The notes under the pieces are model-generated. The model was not told the DNA's origin. It saw only the letters and a list, made by a program, of their open reading frames with translations, and made no database searches. Positions 53,715 through 53,869 of a stretch of DNA of 53,869 nucleotides are shown here, in pieces. How positions within the stretch are numbered: the stretch's first letter is position 1; the number at the start of each line of letters is the position of its first letter. Source of the stretch: Minisyncoccota bacterium (GTDB lineage: Bacteria > Patescibacteriota > Minisyncoccia > Phycocordibacterales > DSPV01). The stretch spans positions 1-53,869 of the forward strand of contig JBAZSH010000005.1 in the NCBI GenBank assembly GCA_041662545.1, given 5' to 3'. A program made the translations under genes and the position numbers.

Positions 53715-53869
53715 TTACCTTGCAATGTATGGTAAAAGGGCTAAAAAGCGGGCGCGCTTGACGGCCATGGCGAGTTGGCGCTGATACTTGGCAGCGACGC
53801 CGGTTTTTTTACGCGGCATTATTCGGCCGTGCGGGTCCATGAACTTTTTCAAAAGCTCCGTATCTTTGT
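53715..53869 (-). CDS. rpsR: 30S ribosomal protein S18, C-terminal part (gene runs off the window edge)
   Basis: Hand translation [50 protein letters not shown]. Stop at 53715-53717. Confidence 0.85.
   Translation of the reverse strand, partial: KDTELLKKFMDPHGRIMPRKKTGVAAKYQRQLAMAVKRARFLALLPYIAR

Noticed and set aside
1-53869. rRNA, tRNA, CRISPR arrays, transposases or IS elements
   Set aside because: I scanned every intergenic region and the ORF track. I found no cloverleaf-like or TPsiC-like sequences, no regularly spaced direct repeats, and no DDE or serine/tyrosine recombinase-like ORFs. A covariance-model scan would still be needed to exclude small RNAs.

Overview
AT-rich, gene-dense bacterial chromosome segment that includes the replication origin (rpmH-rnpA / dnaA-dnaN). 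Most genes are on the minus strand and most are housekeeping: polA, tsaE, ruvB-yebC-ruvC, tyrS, a class A PBP, rsmA, pcrA, comM, pnp, recO, rpsL-rpsG, glyQS, fusA and a partial rpsR. Small proteins, short gaps, the gene content and the surface-protein repertoire suggest a Patescibacteria/CPR-like organism (inference). TGA, TAA and TAG all end conserved genes, so the genetic code is standard. The main accessory feature is a roughly 13.6 kb, 13-gene minus-strand operon (16073-29662). It encodes a stripped-down type IV secretion-like apparatus: a VirB4-like ATPase, a PrgI/VirB3-like protein, a VirB6/TrbL-like polytopic protein and a VirB2/TrbC-like pilin with a Cys-repeat tail. Seven family-less membrane or secreted proteins accompany these. 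The operon ends in yidC-jag, which are inverted relative to the usual origin arrangement. No relaxase, coupling protein, integrase or att-like repeats are present. Other notable points:
- A large modular surface protein is interrupted by one in-frame TAG that aligns with a conserved Trp. A G9 tract sits in its putative promoter spacer.
- An extended -10 motif (TGnTAnnAT) lies 6-8 nt upstream of at least 14 start codons, implying widespread leaderless mRNAs. One case is a perfect 20-bp palindromic divergent promoter (tsaE/pilB).
- Two structured, unannotated intergenic elements lie at 5651-5805 and 31749-31929.
- A G+C-rich orphan gene island lies at the left edge.
- There are three type II toxin-antitoxin pairs.

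No rRNA, tRNA, CRISPR array or transposase was recognised. All protein calls rest on motif recognition by eye, not on database searches.
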